Shown here: piece after piece, positions 42,026 to 53,950 of the stretch
How positions within the stretch are numbered: position 1 is the first letter of the stretch
Layout: each line of letters starts with the position of its first letter
Assembly (NCBI GenBank): GCA_949358305.1
Contig: OX442314.1
Span: 1,922,001 to 1,986,000, forward strand
Length of the DNA stretch: 64,000 nt
Direction of reading: 5' to 3'
From: Strigamia acuminata
Lineage: Eukaryota
Translations under genes and position numbers: made by a program
The notes under the pieces: generated by a model
Seen by the model: only the letters and a program-made list of their open reading frames with translations
The model's database searches: none
Told to the model about the DNA's origin: nothing

Positions 42026-42687
42026 TTTGTCGCTTCGAGTATCACTGCATAATAATAGTTTTAGGGTTAAAGCCGTTCGAACTGATCGGATGACAAAAGT
42101 ACTGAAAAATCAGTCCGTCATCCGGGGATCAAACTGAACTGCTGCAGCGAGTGCGGTACGCCAATTATGACATCATCGTCATTTTTGAAAGATTTTAAAT
42201 ACCTAAATAAATGGAATAAATAAAATTATTCAGCATTTTTCGATCGGGAAAAAAGCTTTATTTTTATATCTAGTTTGTGGAATATATTTTTAATAGTATA
42301 CAAAGTTTCGTGTTCGCATCCGGGAATCGAATTATACATCACGTGATTTATATGTTGGCTAAAAGTGCTACCCGGTACACCACGACGTCATCCTTACATT
42401 TAAATAAATTAAATATTAAACTGGAATTAATTCTCGAAAAAACAAAACTAGTCGGGGGAATTTTATAGGGAATTAATAAAACCGAGCGAGCGAAATCGGA
42501 AAAGGAAAAAATGTAATTTAATTCGGAGCACGTGACCAATCGTTTTGATAATGGAGGTCGTGGGCACTTCCGATCTGAGTGCAGTGCTTGCGATAATTCC
42601 TTGAAAGGATTAGTTTTTGTTTTGCTAAGACCCGCACGAAGCGTACACATAGCGTGATGTTTAATGCCCGCCGTAATCGTTTGTGAG

Positions 42688-45605
42688 ATGCCCGATTCGC
42701 AAAAGTTGTAAGTCTACACCGGACAATATTCTAATTATTATCGTCGTCGTCGTTTCTACGGTCTATCGCTTTCATCGTTCTCTATGTGCGGATATTTTTA
42801 ACTGTTGTATGACTCTTTGTTTAGCCATTTCTGGATGATAAATGAAGCGAGTTCCTGCCCGAACACATTTCGCTGATTAGCTGGAATGCGCCACGAAAAT
42901 ATCCACTAATATTCACCTTTTTCTCACCTAGAAATTTTTTTAATTTTTTTAAAATATAAAATTTTTAATTTATTTATTTTTATTTTTAATTTTTTTCGGG
43001 AAAAAATTTTTATTTCGGAGAAAGAAAAAATTCTTTTGTGTTTTTTTTTTTTTTCGGTTTTATTCTTCAGTTTGTGAGTCCGTGAGTCATAGTATTTGAT
43101 AAATGACAAATTCGTGATTGGTGGATCGTGTCCCGACCTGTTATTTCCCTTTTTTATTATTTCCCTACAGAGAAAAAATGCGCAAAATAAGTTGGCGCGA
43201 GTCCAAAATGAGGAAAAATTAATTTTTTTATTTTTAACTTTTCTAATTTTTGTTATTTAATTTAATTTAAAAATTCATTGCGCAGAAGCGACGACGTTTC
43301 TTCCGGTCCCAGGTGTCACGACAACAGCGAAACCACTCCAGTCTCGAACCCTTCCACGCCGAAGAATGAGCGACGGGACAACGGCCACGGATCGCGTCAA
43401 CAACTCGTCAAATACGGCGAACTCATCATCCTGGGGTAAACGAACTTTAATTAATTAATTAATCAATTAAATCTAATTTAATTTAATGTTAATTAATTCA
43501 AGGTACAACGGATTTCTACCTCAAGGCGATAAAGGCAGACGGCGCAGCAAATTCGTGTTGTACAAACGATCAAAGTCGAACGGCGTCAAACCCTCGAAAC
43601 ATTATGTCGTCAAAACTCCTCAATCGTCCAAAGTATTTGAAAAATAAATCGAAATTACGACAAATAAATATTTTAATGTGATTTTTAGGCCATTTTGGAC
43701 AGTCAGCAGCACTCGATTTCGTACACTTTATCGAGAAACCAGGCCATTATAGTCGAATACATGCCCGATGACGACACAGACATGTTCCAAGTGAGTTTTT
43801 ATTTGTTTAGATTTTATTTTTATTTATTTTTTTAATTTTTTTAACTAGATCGGCCGTTCCTCTGAGTCGCCGATCGACTTCGTCGTCATGGACACGATTC
43901 CTGGGAACAAAACGGGCGAGACGAAAGTGACTCAGAGCACAATCTCCAGATTCGCTTGTCGCATCCTCTGCGATCGGAACAATCCGAGCATCGCTCGCGT
44001 CTACGCTGCAGGTTTCGATTCGTCGCGAAACATTTTCCTGGGCGTGAGTTTGTTTCCCCGATATCAAAAAAATATTTTTTTTTTAAATAAAATTTATTTT
44101 TGGTAGGAAAAAGCGACGAAATGGCAAAACAACGGGGAGATCGACGGGCTGACGACGAACGGCGTACTCATTATGCACCCGCAAGGAAATTATTGCGGTG
44201 GAGGAACGTCGGGAGTGTGGCGAGAAGTTTCCGTGGGCGGAGGGATTTACGGGCTGCGGGAATCGCGCTCGGCACCCCAGAAAGGAGCCATGGCGAGTTG
44301 GATCGATGTGGTTATAGGGTGTAATTATTAACGTGTGTAATTATGTGCAGATCGAAGATGAGAGTAACGTGCTGCGCGATGGGTCGCTCATCGATTTGTG
44401 TGGAGCCACGTTGCTGTGGCGTTCGGCTGAAGGACTCGCATCTTCGCCCGTGAGAACGATAATTCTATTTTCCTTGATTTTCTCTGATTTTTCTTGAATT
44501 TCTTAGCGAATTTATTGATTCTTATTGATTTTCTTTGACTTTTCTTCATTTTTCTTGAATTTCTAACGAATTTCTTGATTTTTCTTGAATTTCTAACGAA
44601 TTTCTTGATTTTCCTTGATTTTTCTTGAATTTCTAACGAATTTCTTGATTTTCCTTGATTTTCTTAACGAATTTCTTGATTTTTCTTGAATTTCTGAATT
44701 TTCCTTGATTTTTCTTCATTTTTCTTGATTTTCTTAACGAATTTCTTCATTTTTCTTGAATTTTTTCATTTTCCTTGACTTTTCTTGATTTTTCTTGAAT
44801 TTCTAACGAATTTCTTGATTTTTCTTGAATATCTTTACGAATTTCTGGATTTTTCTTGAACTTCTTCACGAATTTCTGGATTTTTCTGGATTTTCTTAAC
44901 GAATTTCTGGATTTTTCTGGATTTTCTTAACGAATTTCTGGATTTTTCTGGATTTTCTTAACGAATTTCTGGATTTTTCTGGATTTTCTTAACGAATTTC
45001 TGGATTTTTCTTGAATTTTTCAACGAATTTCTGGATTTTTCTTGAATTTCTCAACGAATTTCTGGATTTTTCTGGATTTTCTTAACGAATTTCTGGATTT
45101 TTCTTGAATTTCTCAACGAATTTCTGGATTTTTCTTGAATTTCTAAACGAATTTCGTGATTTTTTTAACTTACTTAAATTTCTTGAATTTCATGAAAAGA
45201 CTCAACGGCATTTAGAACGACGGGTGGACGAATTGAATGCGGGCCGGCCCCAGTGCCCGGTCGGGCTCAACACGTTGGTCATTCCGCGCAAATCCACGAT
45301 GACGAACAACGAGAAGCAGCCGTACGTGTACGCGACTTGCGGTCACGTGCAGGGTCTCCACGAATGGGGCCAGGAGAAGGATTCGGACGATCGCACCTGT
45401 CCCATGTGCCTAAAAGTATTTAATAAACAAAAAATTGTATTTTAAATTGTTTTACTAAATTCCTTTGACCTAAATCAGGTCGGCGCTGTCGTGAAGGTGT
45501 GCGTCGGCATCGAGCCCGTCTACTACGTGGACGACGAGCCGCCAAACTATGCCTTTAATCCTTGCGGTCACATGGCATCGGAGAAGAGCATCAAGTAATG
45601 ATGAT

Positions 45606-45646
<41 letters not shown>

Positions 45647-45785
45647 TTTGATTTTAAGGTATTGGTCGCTGGTTCCGATTCCGCACGGCACCAACGGATT
45701 CCACGCCATGTGCCCGTTCTGCGCGACACCTCTCGAGGGCGACCCCGGTTTCATCAAGCTCATATTCCAAGATTACGTGGACTGA
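42688..45785 (+). CDS. Pli: Pellino E3 ubiquitin ligase; exons 42688-42707, 43286-43435, 43503-43632, 43689-43790, 43849-44043, 44107-44292, 44351-44449, 45200-45415, 45479-45594, 45659-45785
   Basis: VKYGELIILGYNGFLPQGDKGRRRSKF, FQIGRSSESPIDFVVMDT, STISRFACRI, DGLTTNGVLIMHP, RPQCPVGLNTL, CGHVQG, CPFCATPL...KLIFQ. The first micro-exon is inferred from phase compatibility. Confidence 0.96.
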
Positions 45786-46356
45786 TTGATTGATTGATTG
45801 ATCTCAATCTCACGGAAGTGCGCAAAGAATTATTTTTGAAAAATGCGACTCGTCACGTCGCGTTTCGTCCGCTCCGCGTCAAGCCGCGAAAATGCCGAAA
45901 ATGCGCCATATCAATCTCGCACGCACACACGTCACATTCCTCTCTTTTCTTTCTTTTTTAAATTTTTTCTTTCGTTTCATAATAAGAGTGTGATTTGATG
46001 GGATGACGGTACGAAACGCTGCAATTTTTGTTTCCCGGAGGTTTTATTTTTCTAAGTGACCAAAAAAATAAATAAATAAACGAATAAAATGTATCTGGAT
46101 TCTGAATGTCGTCGTCGTTCTGGTTCTTCTGTACAGTTTTGCGTTTTTCTTTCCCTTTTTCGTAATTCCTAGTGGGATTATTTATACCATCGCAGTTCCT
46201 TTGTGTTGTAAAGTTCTATTGTATTATTAATTATTATTAATTATTATTACTTATTCGTCCAATAAAAATGATTTTCTACCGTGTCATTGTTGGTGTTTAT
46301 TGGTTGGGGAATAAAATGTTCAATAAAGCGGCGAAATCTCAGGAAAAGAAGAAGAA

Positions 46357-47242
46357 ATGGAAACGGTCGAACGAAAGCGCGCAGAGCGGCTCTCAATTGG
46401 GCGGACCCGAGACGGATTCCATCGAAAGTCAAGTCTTGTAAGACTAGAATTAATGAATGGTTTACTTTTAAAATTGACGCGGCCGAATTGCAGCAGCGAA
46501 CTTCAATTGGCCGCGCAAATGCTGGAGAAGAAACAACTGGACGAGTTGATCGCGCCGCTCACGGATCCCGGCTTAGACGAATTGCCGGCTCTGCCCAGTA
46601 TACGATAAACGTGCGTAAATGTCGATTTTGTTTGCTATCGAAATTCATTCAGATCTGAAACCCGACTACGATCGAGCGGGAAAGGCCATGTACTTGCAAA
46701 TGTGTCACGAACTCAACTTGGTTCCCGTCTCCTACTACTTGCGTCATTGCGAAGACAGGTTTCTCAATCTCGGACATCGCGGCCTCGGAGGTCTCGGCGT
46801 GCGAGCAGTCTGCAAAGCACTGGCCGTAAGCATCGTTTCATTCCTTCATTCTTTTATCTCATTTTATTTTATATATTTTATTTGTTTATTTAAACACTCA
46901 AAGTAAATGTTTGTGTGTTTACACCTCCTGTACCAGACCCTACCGGTAGACGACATATGGTGTCACCAGGGCCGGATTATTATTATTATTTTTATTATTT
47001 TTATTTTATTGTTTACACTCCGAAAAAGTAAAGTAGAGTGCGGAGATGGACTAGTTAACAATTTTTGATTTTTTAATCGGTGAATATTAAGTTTTGCGAG
47101 AAAGTGTCGATGGTGGTAATGGCATGCCAATAAACATCGTGGAGCGTCATAGGCTTTATAGATTATAGGTGAAGGAGTTTACTATTACCGTATTTTTTAG
47201 ACTTCTAAACTTGATGTTTAGAAAGTCTAATGAAACGGTCAT

Positions 47243-47273
<31 letters not shown>

Positions 47274-50200
47274 CGTCGTCATCGATTCTGCAACACACCT
47301 ACGCAATCTGTTTACATCCCGGCTTTTGGAAAATCTTTAGAAAAAGTTTGTGGATAACCATTTGAATGATTTAATTTGCGAAATTGGTTGTTTTGTGTCG
47401 TTAATCAATTTCAAATTTACATTTATTATTATTTCAGTTCGATGGTGATACGAGACGTAACATTAAGGAGTGCCGCAAATCAAAGTTTGATTTAAGTTTT
47501 GATTTGGGTTTCTTTAATATATTGGGGTAACAAACTATGGAAATTTCTCTTGGGATGTTTTTTTTTAATTAGGGATAGAGGGGCAGGGTTTAGAAGTCTA
47601 ATATGTAATGCTGCCCTGCATTACAAATGTTAACTTGTTCTAATAAAAGACGCCCTCGATTACAAGCCGCGGCTAATATTGAAGAAATTCACAACAAAAA
47701 ATTTACTGGTGAAGTAAAATTTAGTTAAGTATTTAAGCTGTAATAAATAAGATAAAATAAAATAAAAATATTGATATAAAACAGTGCCAAAATGGCAATT
47801 TTGAACATTATGCAGACAAAATTGCCACATTAGCGCTGTCAATTTGCGTTGGCACTATGTACGCACCGAAAACAATTTCAATTAGAAGTCACCCTCAATT
47901 ATAGGTCGTGGCAAAAAATCGCGATTTTTAATCGAAGAAGTACGGTTTCAATTAGCAACAAAGTAGAAAAAAATAGTTTTAACATTTTCAACATTTCCCA
48001 GCGTTTAAAGTTCTCTACTCAGTTGGAGGCCCCAGCCAGACCACAGGTGGTCTTTACACTGTTTTCGAGAGAACGAGTGTCTGTGGCGGGGCGAGAGATT
48101 GAGTGGGGCTAGAATGCCTGGCAAAGACAGAGAGAGATTGCATGGTGATAGATTGCGTGGGCCAGAGATTGCATGGGGAGAGATTGCGTGGGCGAGAGAA
48201 TGCTACCCCATCTCTCCTCCGACAACCCCAGATGATGCCACTGCTTGGTGAAAGAGCTTCTGGGTGGAATTCAGAAAGTAGTTGTGATCACTCGGTTGAA
48301 AACAGATTTTAGAGGGCACAGGTGTGGTTTGTTTAGGGTTCCGTAACTAATTTTGGGATAAAGAGTTTTAAAGTAGTTTTAATGAATTGGGGCAGTTGTT
48401 TGTGGGTCAGGGTGGTGCAGATTCTTTTCATTCATTCATTCGTTCGATTGCACGCAGACGAATCCTCATGTTTACACGCTCGACCTGAGCGACAACTTGA
48501 TGGGCATTCAGGGACTCGAATACGTGGCTGAATTGCTCCAGTTCAGCGTCATCTCGGAAATGGTAAAATCGTGAACAAAGGATAACATGGACATGTATGC
48601 ACACGTTCAGTGCGTTTTGCCACCGTTGGTGTCCCAAATGAACAAAGCCAGTCAAATAACGAAAAGACCATTTGAGTGAGATGAATGAAACGAATGTAGT
48701 ACTAGTAAACTAAGTGAGGGCATTTCAAAAATGTGAAAAAATTTGACCTCTGACCTTTTCTTCAAGGTCATTCCAACTCTAACTTCTAAACTAAGACTGT
48801 CCATGTCATCCTTGGTTCATTCTGCATTCGTTACGCGGCTCTTATTCAGCTGAATTCTTCGTTTATTCCAATTTTTCTTTGAAACCAATTTAATTTCTCG
48901 TCAGCATTTGGCGCAGAATAATTTGGGCAGTGCCGGTGCGCGGTTGATCGGCGAAGTTTTGTACAACAATCCACCGCACCTGAAAAAACTGAACATCGCG
49001 AGTAAAAGAAAGCCGAACAACATGATTGCACCGTGGTAATGTGAAATCTAATTGTGCAGATAACAACTTCCAGGACGCCGACGCGACGCACATCGCCTAC
49101 GGACTGGACGGCAATGACCGTCTCACGGCGATCGACCTGAGCCACAATGAGTTCGGCGTGCAGGCGGGCAAGATCTTCTCTAATCAGGTGGCCGTGACGA
49201 CCCTCGAACAGGTGGACTTGAGCTGGAACCACTTCCGAGCGGCCGGCGCGGTAGCACTGGCCACGGCCATCCGAGTGACGCCCATCAATCACCTCAACCT
49301 GGCGTGGAACGGGTTCGGCGAGGAGGGAGGCATCCTCATTGGCCGATCCATTATGTTCAACACGGCGCTGCAGTTTCTCGACATTTCCAGTAACCGCATC
49401 GGAGTCAATGGTGCCATGGCCATCGCCAAAGCTCTGGAAAAGAACGAAGCGCTCGTGACGCTCAAGGTAATGCCTACCTTCTCACTTGAACCACTTTTCT
49501 ACATAACTTTTAGAAACTCTCGTGTTCACACTTGTTCTAGTTTTCTACAACTCACTTGTCAGAACAAATTGGCGACTCTTCTACAACTTGAGGTTGTAAA
49601 GGGTGTCCCAAAAATAACGCAAGATTTGAATTTGCCGCCATTTGTGCAGTAAATTGTTGGCAACCCTGAAACAACAACAAATTGACAGCTAAGAGTTTAG
49701 GGTTAGTTTTAGGGTTAGTGAAAATGGAGTGTTACACGATACAACGTGTTTAGGGTTGGTAAACATGGAGCAATACTCGATACAACAACGTGTAACAATT
49801 CAATTACTGCAAGAGACATTTCCTGGTCGTGTACTCTCTCGTTTCGGTTACCAGAATTGGCCCCCTAGATCGTGTGATTTAACACCATTAGATTTCTTTT
49901 TATGGGGTTATTTGAATTCAAAGGTCTATGTCAACAAGCCCACAACCACCCGTGCATTACAATTCTGATCACCGAAACGAGAGAGTACACGACCAGGAAA
50001 TGTCTCTTGCAGTAATTGAATTGTTACACGTTGTTGTATCGAGTAATGCTCCATGTTTACCAACCCTAAACACGTTGTTGTATCGTGTAACACTCCATTT
50101 TCACTAACCCTAAACCTAACCCTAAACTCTTAGCTGTCAATTTGTTGTTGTTTCAGGGTTGCCAACAATTTACTGCACAAATGGCGGTTAATTCAAATCT

Positions 50201-52344
50201 TGCGTTGTTTTTGGGACACCCTTTACAAGTGAGCCAGTGACTTCTAAAACTTGCTGTCACAACTCTAAAATTGGTTTACTATAAAGTAGAAGTTTCTTTC
50301 TTTAATTGTTCATTATCTACAAGTAGAAATACAAGCCCCTACATTTCAGTGAACAACATTTCGCCAAACATAAACAATGTACAGTTCTTTTTGGGAATGC
50401 ATTACCCTACTGCCTCATTTAAACGCCCTGGCGTTTAATTTTTATTTGGGCCTATCGGTATCGGCCACGCCAAAAAATATCGGATGCGATATCGGCGAAT
50501 ACCGAAATATCGGCCGATAGCCGATACCGATACCTGCATCGGTCAATGTCTACAATAAACGCCGCCGAACCCCCAGCGTTTATTCGGGCCCGGCGTCTGA
50601 ATGAACCCGGGCGTTTAAATGACACAGTACGATATTTACTTCTTATAAAAACTGACTAATTTCTACAAAACATCCCCACTAGTGTCAACACCCACTTTTT
50701 AACTTCTACAAATTAAAGTTTCTAAAAGTTGCAACTTCGACAAAAGTGGTTCAAGTGTGATCAAGGCATAAGAAATGAAGAGAAGCGAGGTGAGTATTGT
50801 TTTGTTCCAATAGATGGAGAGAAATCCAATCACCTATGACGGGGCATTGGCGATCATCAAAGGCCTCACCAAGAATGCTCTATCCCAGCTCAAGGTGTTG
50901 GATCTGAAGGTAGGGACAGATTTCTACTACGAGTTTTATATAAGGAATAATTATTGATGGTTGGTCGGCAGGAAGTTTATGTGAGTCGGGAATTCGACGC
51001 TTTGTACACTCAGCTCAAACTCACTCGCGAAATTCAGATCTATTACACGTGCGGCGACTGCCACGTCAAGGAAATTGTGCTCAAGTCGCGGAGAGCCACG
51101 AGTAAAGTGACAAGACGAGCAGGATTAAGCATCAATATCCCCATAAATATCCAGATAAAATTTTTCGAGCAAAATAAATGCATTTTGAAGAGAAAAAAAA
51201 TAAATTTTGAGCTGAAATATTGGAATTTCACACAATCATGCATTTTTTGATAAAATAATGCACTTTTTTGATAAAATAATGCACTTTTTGATAAAATAAT
51301 GCACTTTTTGATAAAATAATGCACTTTTTTGATAAAATAATGCACTTTTTTGATAAAACAATGCACTTTTTTGATAAAACAATGCACTTTTTTGATAAAA
51401 TAATGCACTTTTTTGATAAAATAATGCACTTTTTGATAAAATAATGCACTTTTTGATAAAATAATGCACTTTTTGATAAAATAATGCACTTTTTTGATAA
51501 AAAAATGCACTTTTTTGATAAAAAAATGCACTTTTTTGATAAAAAAATGCACTTTTTGATAAAATAATGCACTTTTTGATAAAATAATGCACTTTTTGAT
51601 AAAATAATGCACTTTTTTGATAAAAAAATGCACTTTTTTGATAAAAAAATGCACTTTTTTGATAAAAAAATGCACTTTTTTGATAAATACATTTATTTTG
51701 GCAAATTAATGCATTTATTTTGGTAAATTAATGCATTTATTTTGGCAAATTAATGCATTTTTTGGTGAATTAATGCATATTTTGGATGAATTACTGCATT
51801 TTGATCTGATAAACTGCATTTTGATCCGATAAAACTGCATTTTGTATGATTACCAGGGCCCCTTGCTTAATCCTGCCCTGGTTACACGACGCCAAAACCC
51901 ATTAAATAATTGTTTGTCCCTTTCGCAGCCGTGGAGGAACGAGTGAGACGAGCGAAGCAAATAGCCGAAGCGAACGGCATTCGAATCAGCCAGATCGTGG
52001 AGGTGTTAGAAGACGAGGTCATGTCGGCCATCGATTTCCGCGCTTGGCTCGAAATGGCGGTAATTATCAATCAATCAATCAATTATTATCGCCATCATTT
52101 ATTACGTGCAAATTAATCACTTTCTGTCCAGCTCGGTGCCAAATTACAACTGTCGAAAGTGGTTTGCGACGAATTGACCCTTTGTTTGTCTTCGGACGGA
52201 AATATTTACAAATCGTTGAGTATTTTTAATCGATTTACGATTTTTTGTCATCCATTTCTTAGTTTTTCGATTATCACTAGGCAAATTATAGAACAATTTC
52301 AACTGTACACGCCACCGGTCACGCCGGCTGGAAAACTGAATTGA
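46357..52344 (+). CDS. LRRC74: Leucine-rich repeat protein, LRRC74-like; confident exons 46653-46825, 48458-48562, 48905-49001, 49060-49466, 50814-50909, 50972-51101, 51929-52059, 52132-52214, 52281-52344 (5' exons uncertain)
   Basis: YLQMCHELNLVPVSYYLRH...LNLGHRGLG...AL matches the LRRC74 N-terminal block. RI-like LRRs (LDLSDN, IDLSHNEFG, VDLSWNHF, LNLAWNGFG, LDISSNRIG). Phases are consistent through to the stop. Confidence 0.8.
47193..47639 (+). mobile_element. Helentron-associated non-autonomous element (HINE/DINE-1-like) in an intron
   Basis: 5' TTAGACTTCTAAAC with a nearby inverted copy, a (GTCT)n/(GTCC)n microsatellite, 3' subTIR GTTTAGAAGTCTAA, hairpin TGTAATGC-n6-GCATTACA and T-rich ends. 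Confidence 0.7.
49599..50223. mobile_element. Tc1/mariner-derived foldback element (arms 49599-49859 and 49960-50223), TA TSD
   Basis: About 260-bp near-perfect inverted arms flanked by TA. Contains the transposase relic MEQYSIQQRV / FPGRVLSR...WPPRSCDLTPLDFFLWGYL (rosa/maT-type motif). Confidence 0.92.
51238..51690. repeat. Intronic minisatellite with 21-22 bp unit TGCACTTTTT(T)GATAAAATAA
   Basis: Directly visible array of about 20 copies. Confidence 0.95.
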
Positions 52345-52353
52345 TCGGTCCGA

Positions 52354-53487
52354 TCAATCCAGGGTGAATATTCGCGCCGCGATGTCGTCCAGAAGCCAAT
52401 CGATCCCCAACAGCAAATTTTGTCCCGTCACGGCGCTGCACCACACGATGTGCCAATGATGGCTGCCGATGTTGTTCAACTCGAGCAGCTACATAACAAA
52501 ATCGTCAGAGTTTTTCAATGCAATTACAATAATAATATTTCAGTCGAGTACCTCGGAAATCTCTTGTATGCTCATTGCACCCGGCAAATCGTGTTTGTTG
52601 GAAAAAACCAATAAAGTCGCTCCGGCCAATCTCTACAAATTCAATGTCTGTAAAAATTGTGTTTTTTTAGTCTAAACTAGGGTGTGTGACCAGATTTCAG
52701 TTTTCGCCCAGAATATTTTAAAATAAAATCAAAAAATAACATAAATAACATTCAATTCATTGATTTTTCACCAAAAATCGAAAAAATGATCGAAAAACAA
52801 CAAAAATAACGAACAAATTCAAATTCACGTTGATTATTCATCCATTTAAACGGTAAAAATCCCGTTATTTGTGCATTTTTAACGGAAATTCATCGATTTT
52901 TCGCCCAAAATCGAAAAATAATCGAAGTAAGGTATATTTATACAAAACACGGTCACCCGGAGAAACCCTGAGACCTGGTCACCCTAAACTATCATTTAAA
53001 AATACTTCTTCTTTTAATAAACTGTGTAATTCGTGTTTGCAGTCGTTCAAACGTCGTCGGTCGGCGCTGTCGACGACCCACACGAGACCGTCGGTCGTCT
53101 CGAAGTAATTTCTCCAGTACGAACGTAACGACTTTTGGCCGCCGACGTCCCAAATATTCAATTTGAATCTAAAAAAAAAATAAAACACAATAAAATAATT
53201 TTATTCCCACTCATTTCTTCATTTATTCACCCTCTGTGTTCCAACGTTTTGATGTTGAATCCGAGTGTGGGCGAAATGGTGTGTATGTCTTCGCCATTGA
53301 ATTTCTTCAAAATTGTCGTTTTGCCCGCATTATCTAATCCTCTGCATTCAAATATCGTTCAATTAAGTGAAAATAACCAAAATCAACAAAATTCGGACGT
53401 GTCCACTTTCTCGTAAGGATACAACATGAGTATTCTGACTTCTTTCTCCTTCTGCTTCATCTTTTTCAGTATCGTTAGCAGCCCCAT
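52354..53487 (-). CDS. Arl2: ADP-ribosylation factor-like 2; exons 53487-53423, 53341-53231, 53168-53006, 52632-52552, 52488-52354
   Basis: [40 protein letters not shown]...[31 protein letters not shown]...[17 protein letters not shown]...CSAVTG...[14 protein letters not shown]. Confidence 0.97.
53342..53422 (-). other. U12-type (minor spliceosome) GT-AG intron, Arl2 intron 1
   Basis: Donor GTATCCTT and branch-like TTTTCACTTAAT about 20 nt before the CAG, with no polypyrimidine tract. Confidence 0.85.
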
Positions 53488-53950
53488 TATTTCCTTGCTA
53501 CACCCAAAAAGCAGCTCTGCACATCCAATCACGGCTCTTATCGCAGTTGGCCAATCACACCGCTCTATCTATCTTGGGCAACAGATGGCGCCAAAATCGA
53601 TTTTCGTACTGTCTGCTCGATCCGAGGTCTGGAAGTTTTTGATGTGTTTATCAAATGTGCTATTCTAGTCTATAGAGTATGAAAACAAGTCAAAATGTTT
53701 TCAGCAGTGTATTTATAAATAATAAAAATAAAAAATTTATTCGTTTTCCTCTAATTTTACGAGCACCCGATTAATTACAAATCGCGACCTCTGTTGCTCG
53801 TTTTGCGACCGCAATCTATCCAAATCCCAGTCGACTTGCGAATGGGGCTCACCCACAACCTTGCTGGAAAACGACGCGATAAAATGTCGACGCCCACGTT
53901 AATGCATCGTGGTGTTGTTAATTATTTCGACAGTGTTTATTCGTGATCGA

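Noticed and set aside
49690..49760. TTAGGG-like hexamers suggesting interstitial telomeric sequence
   Set aside because: Only a few scattered copies, all inside the mariner-derived arms.
46966..51880. CAGGGCCGGATTA ... TAATCCTGCCCTG inverted pair that could define a 4.9-kb hAT element carrying LRRC74 exons
   Set aside because: No matching TSD, and the enclosed exons belong to a continuous host gene; more likely two independent MITE relics.
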